A stretch of DNA of 63,946 nucleotides, the filler included, from Octopus bimaculoides (taxonomy: Eukaryota), in the NCBI RefSeq assembly GCF_001194135.2. It is 8 parts of 8 records of this genome, joined end to end, with 100 filler letters (N's around TTAATTAATTAA, not from the genome) between each part and the next. Parts side by side here need not be neighbours in the genome. Positions count along the whole stretch, not along the records: positions 33,964 to 41,105 come from NC_069003.1; positions 41,206 to 47,607 come from NC_068988.1; positions 47,708 to 59,870 come from NC_068989.1; 5 more parts are not named here. One strand, written 5' to 3'. Below the pieces are notes generated by a model. That model was not told the origin of the DNA, did no database searches, and saw nothing but the letters and a program-made list of their open reading frames with translations. Numbering within the stretch: position 1 is the stretch's first letter; each line of letters opens with the position of its first letter. The translations under genes were made by a program, and so were the position numbers. Shown here in pieces: positions 40,676-53,324 of this stretch.

Positions 40676-41208
40676 TGATGGTAGTGGTGGTGATGGTGAT
40701 GATGATGGTGATGATGATTTCTTTATTGACCACAAAGGGTTTACATTAAAAGAAACATTACACCAACACCTTCTCCATTCCCATCACCATCACCACCACC
40801 ACCAACAACATTAGTAACAGCATCAGCAGCATTCTCTGCAGCAGCAATTCTATAACAACAACCATCAATCAGCAAGAGCAACTACAACAACAACGCCAAA
40901 ATCTTCTACAGTCAATTACCACCACCACCACCACCAAAAACAACAACAACAAACTGAAGCAGCTGCATCACCTCCTACAGTCCACCATCACCGTCACCAG
41001 CACCATAAGCAACAGCAACATCAGTAACAGAAGCAGCACTATCAGCAACATCACTTCTATAAAAACCGCCCCCCCCCGCCGCCAACAACACCAACAACAC
41101 CAACANNNNNNNNNNNNNNNNNNNNNNNNNNNNNNNNNNNNNNNNNNNNTTAATTAATTAANNNNNNNNNNNNNNNNNNNNNNNNNNNNNNNNNNNNNNN
41201 NNNNNTAC

Positions 41209-41253
<45 letters not shown>

Positions 41254-41299
41254 CTTTTCTATGTTAAGATATAAATATATACATATATACGCACGTATA

Positions 41300-44090
41300 C
41301 TTTTATATTCACATAGTTCTATATTGACGGCTCCCGATACACACTTTCTCATTTCAATAGTTAGTGCCATTCACGTTCAAAAAGTGACAGCTCATATATA
41401 ATATATTTCCATATAACCGAGTGGCCAAATTGTTATACAATATAGAATAGACACATAACTTTATCTATTTAGATTAAATGTTCATTCTCGGTAAGCAGTT
41501 GTTCATTTTTCACGTTCCTATGAATACTGCTATGAGATAGCTGTATGCGGTCAGCCTACCAGCTAGAAATGGGTGACAAATCTCTCTTAGAGAGGGATCA
41601 TAGCATTTCGAAATGCATTAAAAAAAAGGCCGAATTGTCTTAGCTAGAACACTTTATTGCAAGTCTAGTGACAAGGTGAGGGACAGTTAATTCAGATGAA
41701 AAGAATAGTAAATGTTTACGAAGCTGACTTGGCGCTCTAGTATTCTTCTTTGAGCTAGATGTACGAGAGTTGAGAAATAATCCTGAGTGACGGACGACTT
41801 CTCACATTAGTAATATCTCGTGATATCAGTCTGAACGTCTGTTGGCTGGCATTCATAGAAATAACAAACGTTAGATTCTGGAGAGTATCATGTTAAGGGA
41901 AGAAATATTGAACAATGTTTTTAGTGTAGGATATAGAAAATATAGTTGCAATGATAAACATAGGAGAGATTTCCTAACTAGAGCTCGCATGCAATTAGCT
42001 ATTTCAGAGACAAATGGAATGCTGAAGCAGTGATATAACAGCTAAGTATAGAAGACGGAGTGTCACTGGGTTAGCGTTTGTATTGTGTTGTTGTGTGAGA
42101 ATTTACAACTCAGTTAAATAGCTATGAGTTTGAAAACAATCTAGAATGAGTGCATGTGCTATAGCAAACCTATGTCAGCTACGTGAACAACTATTTCAAC
42201 ATACACCTAACTTCAGTTTGTAGACAGTAAAAACTACTCAGGGGTAACGTATTTATTGTTTCTGAAGATGAGACCTAGTTGTTGATGTTATACATGTTAA
42301 TACACCATTGGAAATCACCACTTGTTGTAAAGTCAAGCATTTTTTTATCAAATTAGATGGTATTCGTTTGTGTTATTCATGAGAATGAGCGAGGAATATT
42401 TTCTTAGTGATGTGTAGTGGTTAACTCTGAAAGTAATAAAATTTTGATGACTTGTACCGTGGCAGTCCCGCGTATGACCATCTTACTCTTTTAACCCAGG
42501 AATACATATTTTTCTGCTGGTTATCAACGCACAATCTGTGTCTGAAATATACTGTGAGCAAGGGAGCGTACTGCTCCCTCCTAGCCACTAGCAGTACCAA
42601 CAGACCAGGGGTTTCTGGGTAATTTCCCGTCTTCGGTGTTGGACAACCGCCAACTAGAGATAACAGCTTACTCGACCCTACTCACACTATATAAATATAG
42701 AAGTGACAGACAGTCACTGATTTTGTAGTGAGTAAAATAGCTAGTTTTGAATCTCTGAATAAGATCTAAGTAGAAACTATACTTCACATTAAAATCTATT
42801 TGCCGATGACTTGATTTTTGGAGTCTTTTTTCATAGAGGCAGGGTAAGTCTAGTGTAATGTGACTAGCTTTCCTGTAGATCATTCTGAGGGACAAAGAAT
42901 GGAAGGTGGGTTGTTAAATGTAACAACAATTTGAATAGCAACATACAGAAAAGTACACTCTAGAGTATATTAATTGCATCCTGGAATGCATCACCGTTAA
43001 GAAAATATGGGAATGTATAAAACGCGTTAGAATTGACTGAAATCGCATAGTCTAGCAGAAAAATTTTGTCGCAAGCGATGGGATACACATGCAGTTCTTA
43101 GATATCTTAGCTATCAAGTACTTATTTCAATCAAAGATTTGCTAACGACAAAGACAAAACGTCTCTACGTTCAGCGAAAGTCTCAAGTACGAAGCTATAC
43201 TCGTAGTGGCTAAGAGACGGTGGGAGTTAATGGTGGAAAAAAAAACATCATTAACGAGTATTTTCAATTTTTCTTTATCTTGAATGAGACAGATTTAAGC
43301 GGTTTGTCGACAATGTTAGAAATTTTTCTCATATTGGGGATGGGGCACAAAGTATTTCTAAAGATTGCATTATATTCATGTAAAGAAAAAAATGTTAGGA
43401 TAGCGTGAGAATAGGAGTTAGTTATTGAGCTTTCTATATGGCATCAAAAGAAAAGACTGCATAATTGCGGGCCATCTTCTTGGGGCGAAGCAACTGTTGT
43501 AATTTATGGGAAGTCACGACAGAGTATATATTGGTGAGACTAATAGTATACAAAAATAGAGTTTAGTGATGTGGTGTTTAATCTTAATGACGCTTTGTCC
43601 CAGCACAACCCTGGGCAAGTAAAGGTGTGGTTAATGGTATTCTAATAGAGATCATCCTGTGGTGTTTGTAGAATTCCGTAATATGAGAAGAAATCTCTAA
43701 AGTAAATGGAGTGGTTAAAATTTAAATGGTTGGAGTGTTCGCTGTCCGCGTGATGCCCATTTGTAGCGGTTTCGTATGTAGATTGCTATTTGCAAGATTT
43801 GCGGCGATGAATAAGCAAATTTTAACTGTATGAATATGAATAACTGATCCTTGCGTACAGCTTTCACAGGCCCTCCGATTCCTGTGGGACTAACGCAATT
43901 AATATTCTTGAATATTCATAAACTTATATTTGAAAGAAAATCATGGGTAGGAAGGAATCCCAAAGAACCGCCGTTCTCAGGAGGAAAGAATGGCTCCAGT
44001 GGTCAGTGCAGAGCCGGATGGATTGGAGACAATATGGACCACACGAGGACAGTAGACGTAGAAGGTGAGTGCGCACGAGTTTAATTTACA
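41300..44090 (-). mobile_element. Heavily decayed APE-type LINE (endonuclease plus RT remnants)
   Basis: Minus-strand remnants in the expected order: NIN.V, IAI..ET (frameshifted), GC A, ISLTNIY, then TPSS..ISLL (RT domain 1) and an FRNA-like DFxKAFD relic. No long ORF; clade cannot be assigned. Confidence 0.45.
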
Positions 44091-44149
44091 TAAGGTCACC
44101 CAGTTTGTCTAGTAGTCCTTGAAAAAGAGGAGAGAGAGAGAGAGAGAGG

Positions 44150-44180
<31 letters not shown>

Positions 44181-44225
44181 TGAAAGAGAGAGTATATGAG
44201 ATGTAAATTCTTAACTAATAAATTC

Positions 44226-44312
44226 TCCCTGATGAAGGAGGCAGTGTCTAAAATTTGGATAGGAATATCATTTATTTGTATGGATTACTGTAGCCTTGAA
44301 ACGGCTGTTGGA
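44226..44312 (+). ncRNA. Type I minimal hammerhead ribozyme motif (Penelope-type), probably degenerate
   Basis: TCC-CTGATGA-AGG...CTT-GAAA-CGGCTG-TT-GGA: complete core, 3-bp helix I, near-palindromic helix III. Confidence 0.55.
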
Positions 44313-44689
44313 CTATCACCGCTTAAGTTTTGAAATTGGAGTACCACCGTCTAATCATTGGAAGCTTTACTTTCCATCTGGATGCTTAAACGTCTCTTTA
44401 TTCTCCTTTATCGAGGATTTACACTTTTATTTGTTGATATATTGTTTTAGAATATATTTTTAGATATCTTTTTAACACCGCTCTTTATCTGTAATTAGGA
44501 CGATGTCTTCAATATATAGCTTTTAAGATGCTAATATATTTTTATACATCAGTATAGTGTTTCTACACATATATATCTACTATGTTTTTATATATTTATG
44601 TATCTGTAAATTTTAGATATTCTTTAATATCTTAATGAGTGGTACATTAAATATATTTTAATAATTTGTGTACACCGGTAATTAAAGGC

Positions 44690-45526
44690 CAGTTGCATTA
44701 CAATTGAATACCTTTTGTACGATGTACACCTCAGCTGCCTTCGTGTCAGAACTCGCTGCTTCTCCGTACCTGACAACGCTATGAATACCAATCCTCTTGT
44801 TGAAATTATCGAACCAGCCGCGACTGGCCTTTGTTGCATCTGCTGATGTCTCCTACATCGATGTTCCAGATTTCTGCTTCAGGAGGTTCCAATACAGCGC
44901 TCGTGCTTTCTCGCAGATGATGGTCTCCGTAATCGTATCACCTGCGAGTTGCTCTTCGTTGACCCACAAGAGAAGCAATTTTTCTATCTCCTCGTGGACA
45001 GGTGTGCATTTGCTTTGAGAGCCTGGAGACCTCTTTTGCTGTCGTAACGGCCTTGATCTCAATAGATGGTGCAGATCGTCGATGTGCTTCGGTCGTATTG
45101 ACATGCTATGTCCACTTCACGCACTCCTCTCTCATGTTTATCAGTGATTTCCTTCTTCAGTTCTGTCTTAATCAGCCTTTTCTTCTTCTCATCACTGCAC
45201 TTTGCACTAACCTGCTTAGGACCCATGTTTAACACAACTGACTATTAAAAAATATTAGCAATAATAGCACAAAACTAAAAAAAGAAACACTAGGAAAAAC
45301 ACAACAAGGATGCTGCCACATCGACATAAACTCGTGAGCTGAGCGAGCGGAGATTGAGTTTGTTGGGAGAGCGTGTGCCAGTTCAGCGCCGTCTAGTGGC
45401 CGCTTGTATGAAACCCACTCGCATGGCAGATTTCCATTCGTACTTCAAGACAAAAATTCGCACGAGCCTCGGCTCGTACAGCAAGCTTCTCGTACAATGG
45501 TGTACACGTACTGCAAAGTTCTACTG
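44690..45526 (-). mobile_element. Tigger/pogo transposon 5' half (TIGD1-like transposase pseudogene)
   Basis: Terminus CAGTAGAAC. Frames MGPKQVSAK..ELKKEITDKHERGVR..; HEEIEKLLLLWVNEEQLAGDTITETIICEKARALY (CENP-B HTH); ASRGWFDNF..GIHSVVRYGEAASSD; VFNCNATGL (DDE start). Confidence 0.9.
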
Positions 45527-45597
45527 TGTGTATGTGTGTATTTTTATGAATATTTTTATAGAGGTCTACTATATATAAATAAATATGTGTATGTATG

Positions 45598-45631
<34 letters not shown>

Positions 45632-45949
45632 TGTATGTATGTATGTGTGCATGTATATATCAGTATAAAGGAGATACATAGCATAGTCTGTGAAAATAGC
45701 GAATAGAATAGAATGACGGAAAAGGAAACACATAAACGTTATATTATTTGCATCCATTTATGTAATAATATCAATGGTTTAGTAAATGAGCACGAAAGAA
45801 AGTTTGCAATTTTTTTCTTTGTTTCTTCGAATCAAAACAAGAGAAATAAAACAAAACATAAACATATTTCTGACTATGAAATATTATGTTTGTCTGACTT
45901 TTTAGACCTTTAGCAAATGTAGATGTTTTTTGTTTATTTATGTCTTCAG

Positions 45950-46006
45950 TCTGTCACAAACTGGCGAAAGCAATGGCAGTTAAACGAAGATCAAAAGATT
46001 ACTTGA
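45950..46006 (+). CDS. Candidate short terminal exon
   Basis: Long pyrimidine tract plus tcttcag| acceptor; phase-0 reading SVTNWRKQWQLNEDQKIT*. Supported only by the splice signal. Confidence 0.22.
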   Translation, partial: SVTNWRKQWQLNEDQKIT

Positions 46007-46358
46007 AACCTATATGTTTGCTAGCTACATAGTTTGTATAGATGTAATTTCTGTTTTTCTTCGGGACTTTTTTTTTCTTCCCTATATTTTCTCTGTCTAT
46101 CTACCTAAATCACTGATTTACACTTTACCTTCACTCTTTCTACCAATGTTTGTCTACCTCTCGCTCTCTGTAAATTTGTTTGTGCATCATTTATGTTTGC
46201 ATCTGTCTGTGATTAGGAGCCAATATTTGTATATTTTAATGCGCACACACACAACCATACAAACACACACACGCACGTACACACACACACGCACATTCAC
46301 ACATCTATCTATCTAGCTAGCTAGCTATCTATCTAACTTTCTATCTATCTATCTATCA

Positions 46359-46417
<59 letters not shown>

Positions 46418-46419
46418 GA

Positions 46420-47607
46420 CTGATGTGCTGCTGCATCGGCTCCGAAGGTAAACGTTTTTATTGACCATTTATAGCCCACATTTTGTTTATACTTTCGTAC
46501 ATAAGGAGTGTGAAGCACCCAACTTTCGCTTGAGTTTGTTTCCAATAAAGGAATCGGCTCCTAGAGGCAGTTTCAACCCCAATTAAATATGTATATTTTC
46601 TGCTGAGAAATGCTGTTCTAGAACGCTGGTTAAATTCTTTCATGGACCAGCATTTCCCTTTCCTTGGAACACTAGGAGAAAGAAAGAATGAATCCTGCAC
46701 GCGCACACACAGGAAACCTACTGCAGCTATGAAACATACAAATGAATCAAAGACAAATATTACAGACTTAAAAGTGAACGCTGTCAACGTCATGGATACT
46801 GCAACCACGACTGTTAACAGCCCTGTCACCACCACCACCATCAAGACTACCACTGCTACCACCACCAGCAACAACAGCGATACCGTCGCAAAGCCGTCAA
46901 ACTGTGCGGAAGAAAAGACCATCACTACCACTAAAACTTCACCTCTGCCACCAACACTATCACCAAAAACAAATCCAATTACGCAGAAGCCTTGAAACAA
47001 AAAAAGGGATCATTCTACATTTCACACCAGAACAAATAAAACAAACAAAAAATCGCGAGTGTCGCGTTGCTCTCAAGAAACTCTGCCGTCTGGGACCGCG
47101 CTTGTGCGGCTTCCTTACAATCCTCTATTGGGGCATAATGGAGGGGAGGTGCGACGACGTTCTTTGGGAGAATCTGGGCGTCGACGAGCAACACCTGACC
47201 CGCCTGTTCAGGACAACTTTCGGGCCGGGACCTATGGACAATCACCAAAGATCTCTGGCTTGGCACTGCTATCGAGAAGTATTACCCGTTCGGAATAAGC
47301 TCTATAGGCACAGTTCGAGACACACGTCAGAGCGACGAAACCGTTCTGCACGCACTTGGGCAGTGTCCAACCATATCGGAGCTGTGATCTTATGCCGAAC
47401 GGCTGCTGTCACGCGAGGGACAAGTCCGCCTGTCAACCGAGTCCATCATAGGAATTTCTCCACCACCTTCCCTCAACCGGAAAGGCAAGGTAGTTTTCAT
47501 CGTACTGGTGTCCATAGTGAAAAAATGTGTGTGGTGGACTCGATCGAAAGGGTTAGACAAACACTTACCTCTCTGGCTAATCGCCCACCAACTTTTTCAA
47601 GTATCAC
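46420..47607 (+). mobile_element. L1/Tx1-like LINE fragment with a large internal deletion
   Basis: A Thr-rich, ORF1-tail-like segment is joined directly to the ORF2 C-terminus: QRSLAWHCYREVLPVRNKLYRH (zf-RVT-like), ETVLHALGQCP, VKKCVWWTRSKG. It runs into a gap. Confidence 0.75.
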
Positions 47608-47891
47608 NNNNNNNNNNNNNNNNNNNNNNNNNNNNNNNNNNNNNNNNNNNNTTAATTAATTAANNNNNNNNNNNNNNNNNNNNNNNNNNNNNNNNNNNNN
47701 NNNNNNNGCATTTCTTTTGTCCTTTCATTCTAACTCCAAATTCCACTGAGGTTGACTTTGCCTTCATCCTTTTGGGGTCAATGAAATAGGTACCAGTTGA
47801 ACACTCTGGTCAATGTAATCAACTAACCTCTCCACGCAAATTTCAGGTCTTCTGCCTATAAGGATTATTATTATTATTATTATTATTATTA

Positions 47892-50800
47892 GTTCTTCTT
47901 TCAATTTTGTTTCCATTTCTTGTTGGGTGTCTTTCTGACATCTAGGACAAAGAAACTCACTGTATACATTGATAGGCCATTAAAATAAACACACCAGATT
48001 GTTCGTTTACAAAGTCAAGTTATGTGAAAGAGAAGAAAAAAATTACGTGGGTTGTAATTGTTCTCACAGCAACAATGCTCTTCTCAATATGTGACATACC
48101 ATAACAATCTTTTACACTTCTTGCATGGATGATAAGCCAGGGATCATTCTGAAATAATTTTCAGTTCCTTTCTTGATCATTCTAAGAGTTCCTACAATCA
48201 TTGATATTGTAACTGCTTTGAGATGTTACATTTTTTCGATTTCAATGAGCAAATCTTTATATTTTCTGAGTTTATCAAATTTTTTTACTGAGATATTATG
48301 ATCACAAGGAATACTCATGTCAATCAATATCAGGCTTTATTGTTTTGGTCTTCCACAACAATATTCAGTTTATTAACTTTGATGGTTCAGTCTTTATGTA
48401 CGGGAAAGTCCCAAAGAATTGGTACATATTCTCCCTTAGGGTGGTGCTTATGCCACTTGGGTGCCAATTTTGATCTTAGGATGTTGACATATTAACCAAC
48501 TCTGTCATCCAGAAATTAGGTGGTCCACTGTTTCAATCATATCATTGCAAAATGGGCATTTTGAATCTACTCCATTTATCACCACATTGGCTTGGTTGTT
48601 CCAGGTCAATAAGCTTTGATCTTGAGCCTTCACTCTCCACTGATGGATGTGCTTCTGGTCAACATATTTGCCATGCAGAGGCTTCTGTTCCCACTTGTCA
48701 GTCAATTGCTCATGCACTTTTTCCTTTGCCATTGCACTTCCTTCAGATTCTTCAGCATTGATGTCATGAATGAAATTGATAGCAAATTTTTTACTCTCCA
48801 TGACAGATTGAAGCGTCTTACATCTCTTGTCATCCAGTTGTTTGTTGTTTCAAGATATTTGGTCAGTTCCTTTATGGTGGTTTTGTAAGAGAGTTCTAAT
48901 TGGATTGAGTCTCAACCTCCTTATGCTCTGGGAAGGTAAAGTTGATTCACATCTGCCTTTGGGTGGTGCATTTTATTACAACTCATCAGCTTGCATATTT
49001 TTCTGTCAATTTCCTTTATTTCACTGAGATTCCAGTTCAACACATTATAGCTATAAGTAATAACTGGAACTGCTCAGGAATTTATGGCTAACACTTTGTT
49101 ATGTGCATTTAGCTCAGATTTCAGCACTGCTCAAACTCTCCTACGTTTCTTCCTGATCTTCTCTTTCACGCTTGCATGCTGAATGCCAGAGCCTTCATTT
49201 ATTCCTAGGTATTTGTAAGTTTGTTCTTGCTCAAGTTCTTTTATAACTGTGTCTTCAGTTTTCCTTTCTGGCAAGTAGCCTCGGCACATTTATCAAGGCC
49301 AAACTCCATTCCGATGTCATTACTGAATGCTTTCACTCTATGTAGTAGGTCTTAAAGCTCATTATTGTCTTTGCTATAGAGTTTTAAGTCATCCATACAT
49401 ATAAAATAAACAGTTAATTTTCTTATCAATTTTATACCCATACCCTATTCTGTTAAATTCACTTGTAAAGGGTATCAGAGCTATGTAAAAAAAATTAGAG
49501 GTGAAAGTAAGTCACCTTGGAAAATGTCACAGTTGATGCTGATATTGTTTGAAGTTAGTACTCCATTAGAGTGATATAATTGGAGATTTGTATTCCACAA
49601 TAACATGTATTCCACAATAACATGCTTCAGGAAATTTGAAATTACAGGAGAAATTTTGAATATGTTCAGTTCCATGAATATGGTATGCTGTTGAAAGCTT
49701 TTTTGTAATCAGTCCATGTACAACAGATATTTCTGCACACGTAACAGTTCTCACAGATCATGCGATTAATTAGGAGTTGGTCATTACATCCATATGAGCC
49801 TTGACAGCACCCTTTTTGTTCAGGGGGAAAAAATATCATTCTGTTTAATAAATGCATGTTTTCTCCACACAATTAGATGTTAAAATTTTATAAGTGGTGA
49901 ATAAACAGGTCATAGACCAATAGTTTTTTTAACTTTGGTTTCATTATTCTTTGGGAGCAGATAAGTAATACTACTAGCTAATCAGTCTAGTGTTTCCTTA
50001 GGATTTCTCATAATTTCATTGAACAGTTGAACTAATTTTCCATGTGTGCAAGGGAGCAATGAGAGCCAGAAATTTTTCACACTCTCTTTACTGGGGCATT
50101 TCCATTAATGAGCTTTTGTGGGTGTCATCCTTAGGTCTGCTCTTGTGATGTCTTCCCAAGCTTTTTCTTGTAAATTTTGGTAGGATCCTTCTGTGCATCT
50201 AATTTAATCGGCATTTTCAATGTATATCTTCTCATCACTCCAAATCTTTCCAAAAGTTTTCAACTTCTTCCATGGTCTTCAATGGTTATATCTCTATAGA
50301 ATGTTTTGGCATTAGATGTGAGCAGCTTATTTTGCATGTAAAACTTGTTCTCATAGCTTTTGCTTGGACTTTTTGTTACAGTGTTTCTTTTGTTAACATC
50401 AGTTCTTGGTGAGAATCCATATTTTCTATTCGTCTTTCTTCTTTACGGGATCTTACATCATTTCAACAGATTAGTTCATTTAATATTGATATTTCCCTTT
50501 TCATTAATTCAATTTCTTTTTCAATTTTACTTCTCCAGTTTGGATTTCTTCCCAGGTTTGGTTCTCTTTGTATTCTCAGAGTCTAGTCAAGTGGAAAGTA
50601 AAAGCTGTGAAGTCCTTTGCTTTAATTACAGTTGTGTAAATAATTTCATTTAACTCAGTAAGATCAGGTTTTAATTCTTGTATCATTTCTTTTGTTACAT
50701 AGTTGCCAATTTTAATTTGTTTTTTATTCTGGTTTGTATTTGAGAATTTATGAAGTGGTTCTATTGTCACAACTGAAAGCTTATTCAGAATTTTCTGCTT

Positions 50801-51350
50801 CATTTCCATCATAGACACTCTGTGTTCTTCAGCAAATGTGTGATCTTTAAATACTGTTTCTTTACCACTTTCCTGGCTATCTTTATCAGCTTCATTACAA
50901 TTTATTTCTTCAGGCCTTTTTGTGTTTTGGTCAGATAGCAGTCTTTCAATTAAGACTCATGACAGGCTACTCTCTTCATCTGATTCTTCATTTCTTTCCT
51001 GTTGTATATTTCACTATCTATAAGTCTATTATTTCAAAAAGATATCCCTCCTAACATTTGTGAACTTGTTTTCTCTAAATAGGGCCTGCTATCTTGATTT
51101 CATGTTCTCCATATTTTGTAAGAGTTTATATTGTGTCTCTCTTGAGATGCCTACTTAATTGCATAGTAATAAATGTATGTTACTTCTCTATACTCTTCGC
51201 AAGTCCATTTGATCCACTTATATTTTTCTTTCTGTGGTGGTGATCTTGGAGGGCTTGAGGTGGGGCAGTTCTTAACCATAGGACAAGCGATTTAATGTAC
51301 TATTTGAATTTTCCTTTTTGTTTCATAAAACATTTTTTTACTACATTAAT
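47892..51350 (-). mobile_element. Near full-length Dong/R4-clade RLE LINE, pseudogenised
   Basis: KWT.EEYREV N-terminus; PPEQKGC..GSYGCNDQLLIN; WTDYKKAFNS; DIFQGDLLSPL; KPLHGKY; KCPFCNDMIETVDHLISG (CCHC); IDMSIP..KEFDKLRKYKDL (RLE nuclease). Flanked by (TTA)9 at 47865-47891 and (ATT)3 at 51351-51359. Confidence 0.92.
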
Positions 51351-52111
51351 ATTATTATTGAGCCCTGTGTGGCTAATGAAGAAACAGTTATTATTGCTTC
51401 TACCATTATTATCACCACCACTATTGTTGTTACAATTACCACCACCTTGGCCATAGTTGACCACCACTACCACTATCACTGTCTCTGTCCCTACTGCCAC
51501 TCTTTGTAGCCATGCCAACAGTGTAGTTGATATTTTATGAGCTACTGCTGGCGAATTTAAGTCTGCTGGATTTGTTCCCACCATTGCTTAGTATTATTAA
51601 ATGTTATTAGCTACAACTCTTGCCTTGAATTTCAGACAGTCGTAAGTACATTAGAGTGTGGGTAGTAGGAGGAAGAAACACAGCTTGGCAGACACACAGC
51701 CAGATACCACCAGTCTATAAATAGGCTAGCAGATGCTGAAAGAGGACCAACGAACAAAGGAGTGGTCAGTAGAAGTCAATATATGTGTTTACTACCACTA
51801 TGGTCATTCAATCAGTGTGGTGGGAGACCTTATTCTGTTTTAGTTACCAATAGAAAAAAATATTTCTGCACTTGTTATCAGTTTTGGAAAGTGTTCTGAG
51901 TATTTTGGAGATGCTTCAATTTTTCCTAGATCTGAAAGAGGGATGCTAGAAGAAATTAAGTAATTATGTACTCAGATAGAGTTGCTTAATTTTGAAGTTG
52001 CTTTAGCTGGTGGAGTGTTCTTGCAATAAAAGAGATGTTTACATATTCCAAAATCAGAGGAAAAAGAAATTTTAAATATTCAGAGAAAATTGTAGGTATT
52101 CTCATTTTGGC

Positions 52112-52717
52112 ATTCCTTGATATAACTTGACAAAACCAAAACAAAAATTTGCCTTTTTCTATGACAATTCAACAATTCACTTTGGATATCTTCGTGATCT
52201 TCATGACAGCTGTTAAAATGAGAGGAGGAGAAGAAAGCTAATGGGTTGTGTGCGTGTGCTTGTTCTTGTCTGTGCCTGTTCTGTTTTTATGTATTTATGT
52301 GTTGTGGAGTATAGATATAACGAAATTACGCCTGCAAAAAGCCTTGCATATTTGTTCTTACCTGCTTCATGTGTGTATGTGAATTTTCAAGCAGGAAACA
52401 GAATCGAAGTTTATACATCGCTAGTCAATGTTTTTTTTTTTTTTTAACCACTAAAGAGTAGATAGTATAATACTGCCTAATGCATTTTATGAAATTCATA
52501 TCTATACACCACAACACATAAATACATAAAAACAGAACAGAGACACACAGAGACACAGACAAGAACAAGCATGCACACACAACCCATTAGCTTTTTTCTC
52601 CTCCTCCTATTTTAGCAGCTGTCACGGAGGTCATGAAGATATCTGAAGTGAATTGTCAAATTGTCACGGAAAAAGGTGAATTTTTGTTTTGGTTTTGTCG
52701 TGTTATGTTAAAGGAAC
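52112..52717. mobile_element. Foldback element, arms of about 205-220 bp
   Basis: 52112-52318 is the reverse complement of 52498-52717, roughly 80-85% identical by eye. Confidence 0.8.
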
Positions 52718-53324
52718 ACCCACATTTTTAAAGTTATATGAAGGATAATTGTTTCCATGTTCAGACAGAAAACTGTAGATATTCAAGTTTTTAAAGTTGT
52801 TTTGAAAGAAATTTTAGATATAGGTGCAGGAGTGGCTGTGTAGTAAGAAGGTTCCGGGTTCAGTCCCATTGCATGGCATTATAGACTCAGGCCAACCAAA
52901 GCCTTATGAGTTGATTTGGTAGACGGAAACTGAAAGAGGCCCCTCGTGTATATATATGTGTGTCTGTGTTTGTCCTCCCACCATTGTTTCAATAGAATAA
53001 GTAGTAGGCTTACAAAGAATAAGTCCTGAGGTCGATTTGCTTGACTAAAGGTGGTGCTCCAGCATGGCCACAGTCAAATCACTGAAACAAGTTAAAGAAT
53101 ACTCACTGAAAATTGAAGATATTCACGTTTTTTTAAAGCTGTATGTGAGATGGTTGTATGTTTGCACAGAGAAAACTGTAGATAGTTAAGCTTTTAAAGT
53201 TATCTTTCAGTTATACAGCTGGGTTGTTTTAATATTTCTGTCTTCAGCTGCTGACTGGTCAGAGTAGCAAAGAACAAGTCCAGCTGCTATCAAAGCAGGC
53301 CATTTATTACTATTATTATCTATC

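Noticed and set aside
42262-42290. CTGAAGA motif resembling a hammerhead core
   Set aside because: No helix II/GAAA/UH arrangement downstream; it lies inside the decayed LINE.
51844-52095. Semi-open frame LPIEKNIS...EEIK*LCTQ...CLHIPKSEEKEIL after an AG acceptor
   Set aside because: In-frame stops and no GALNT motifs; more likely a decayed TE fragment that I cannot classify.
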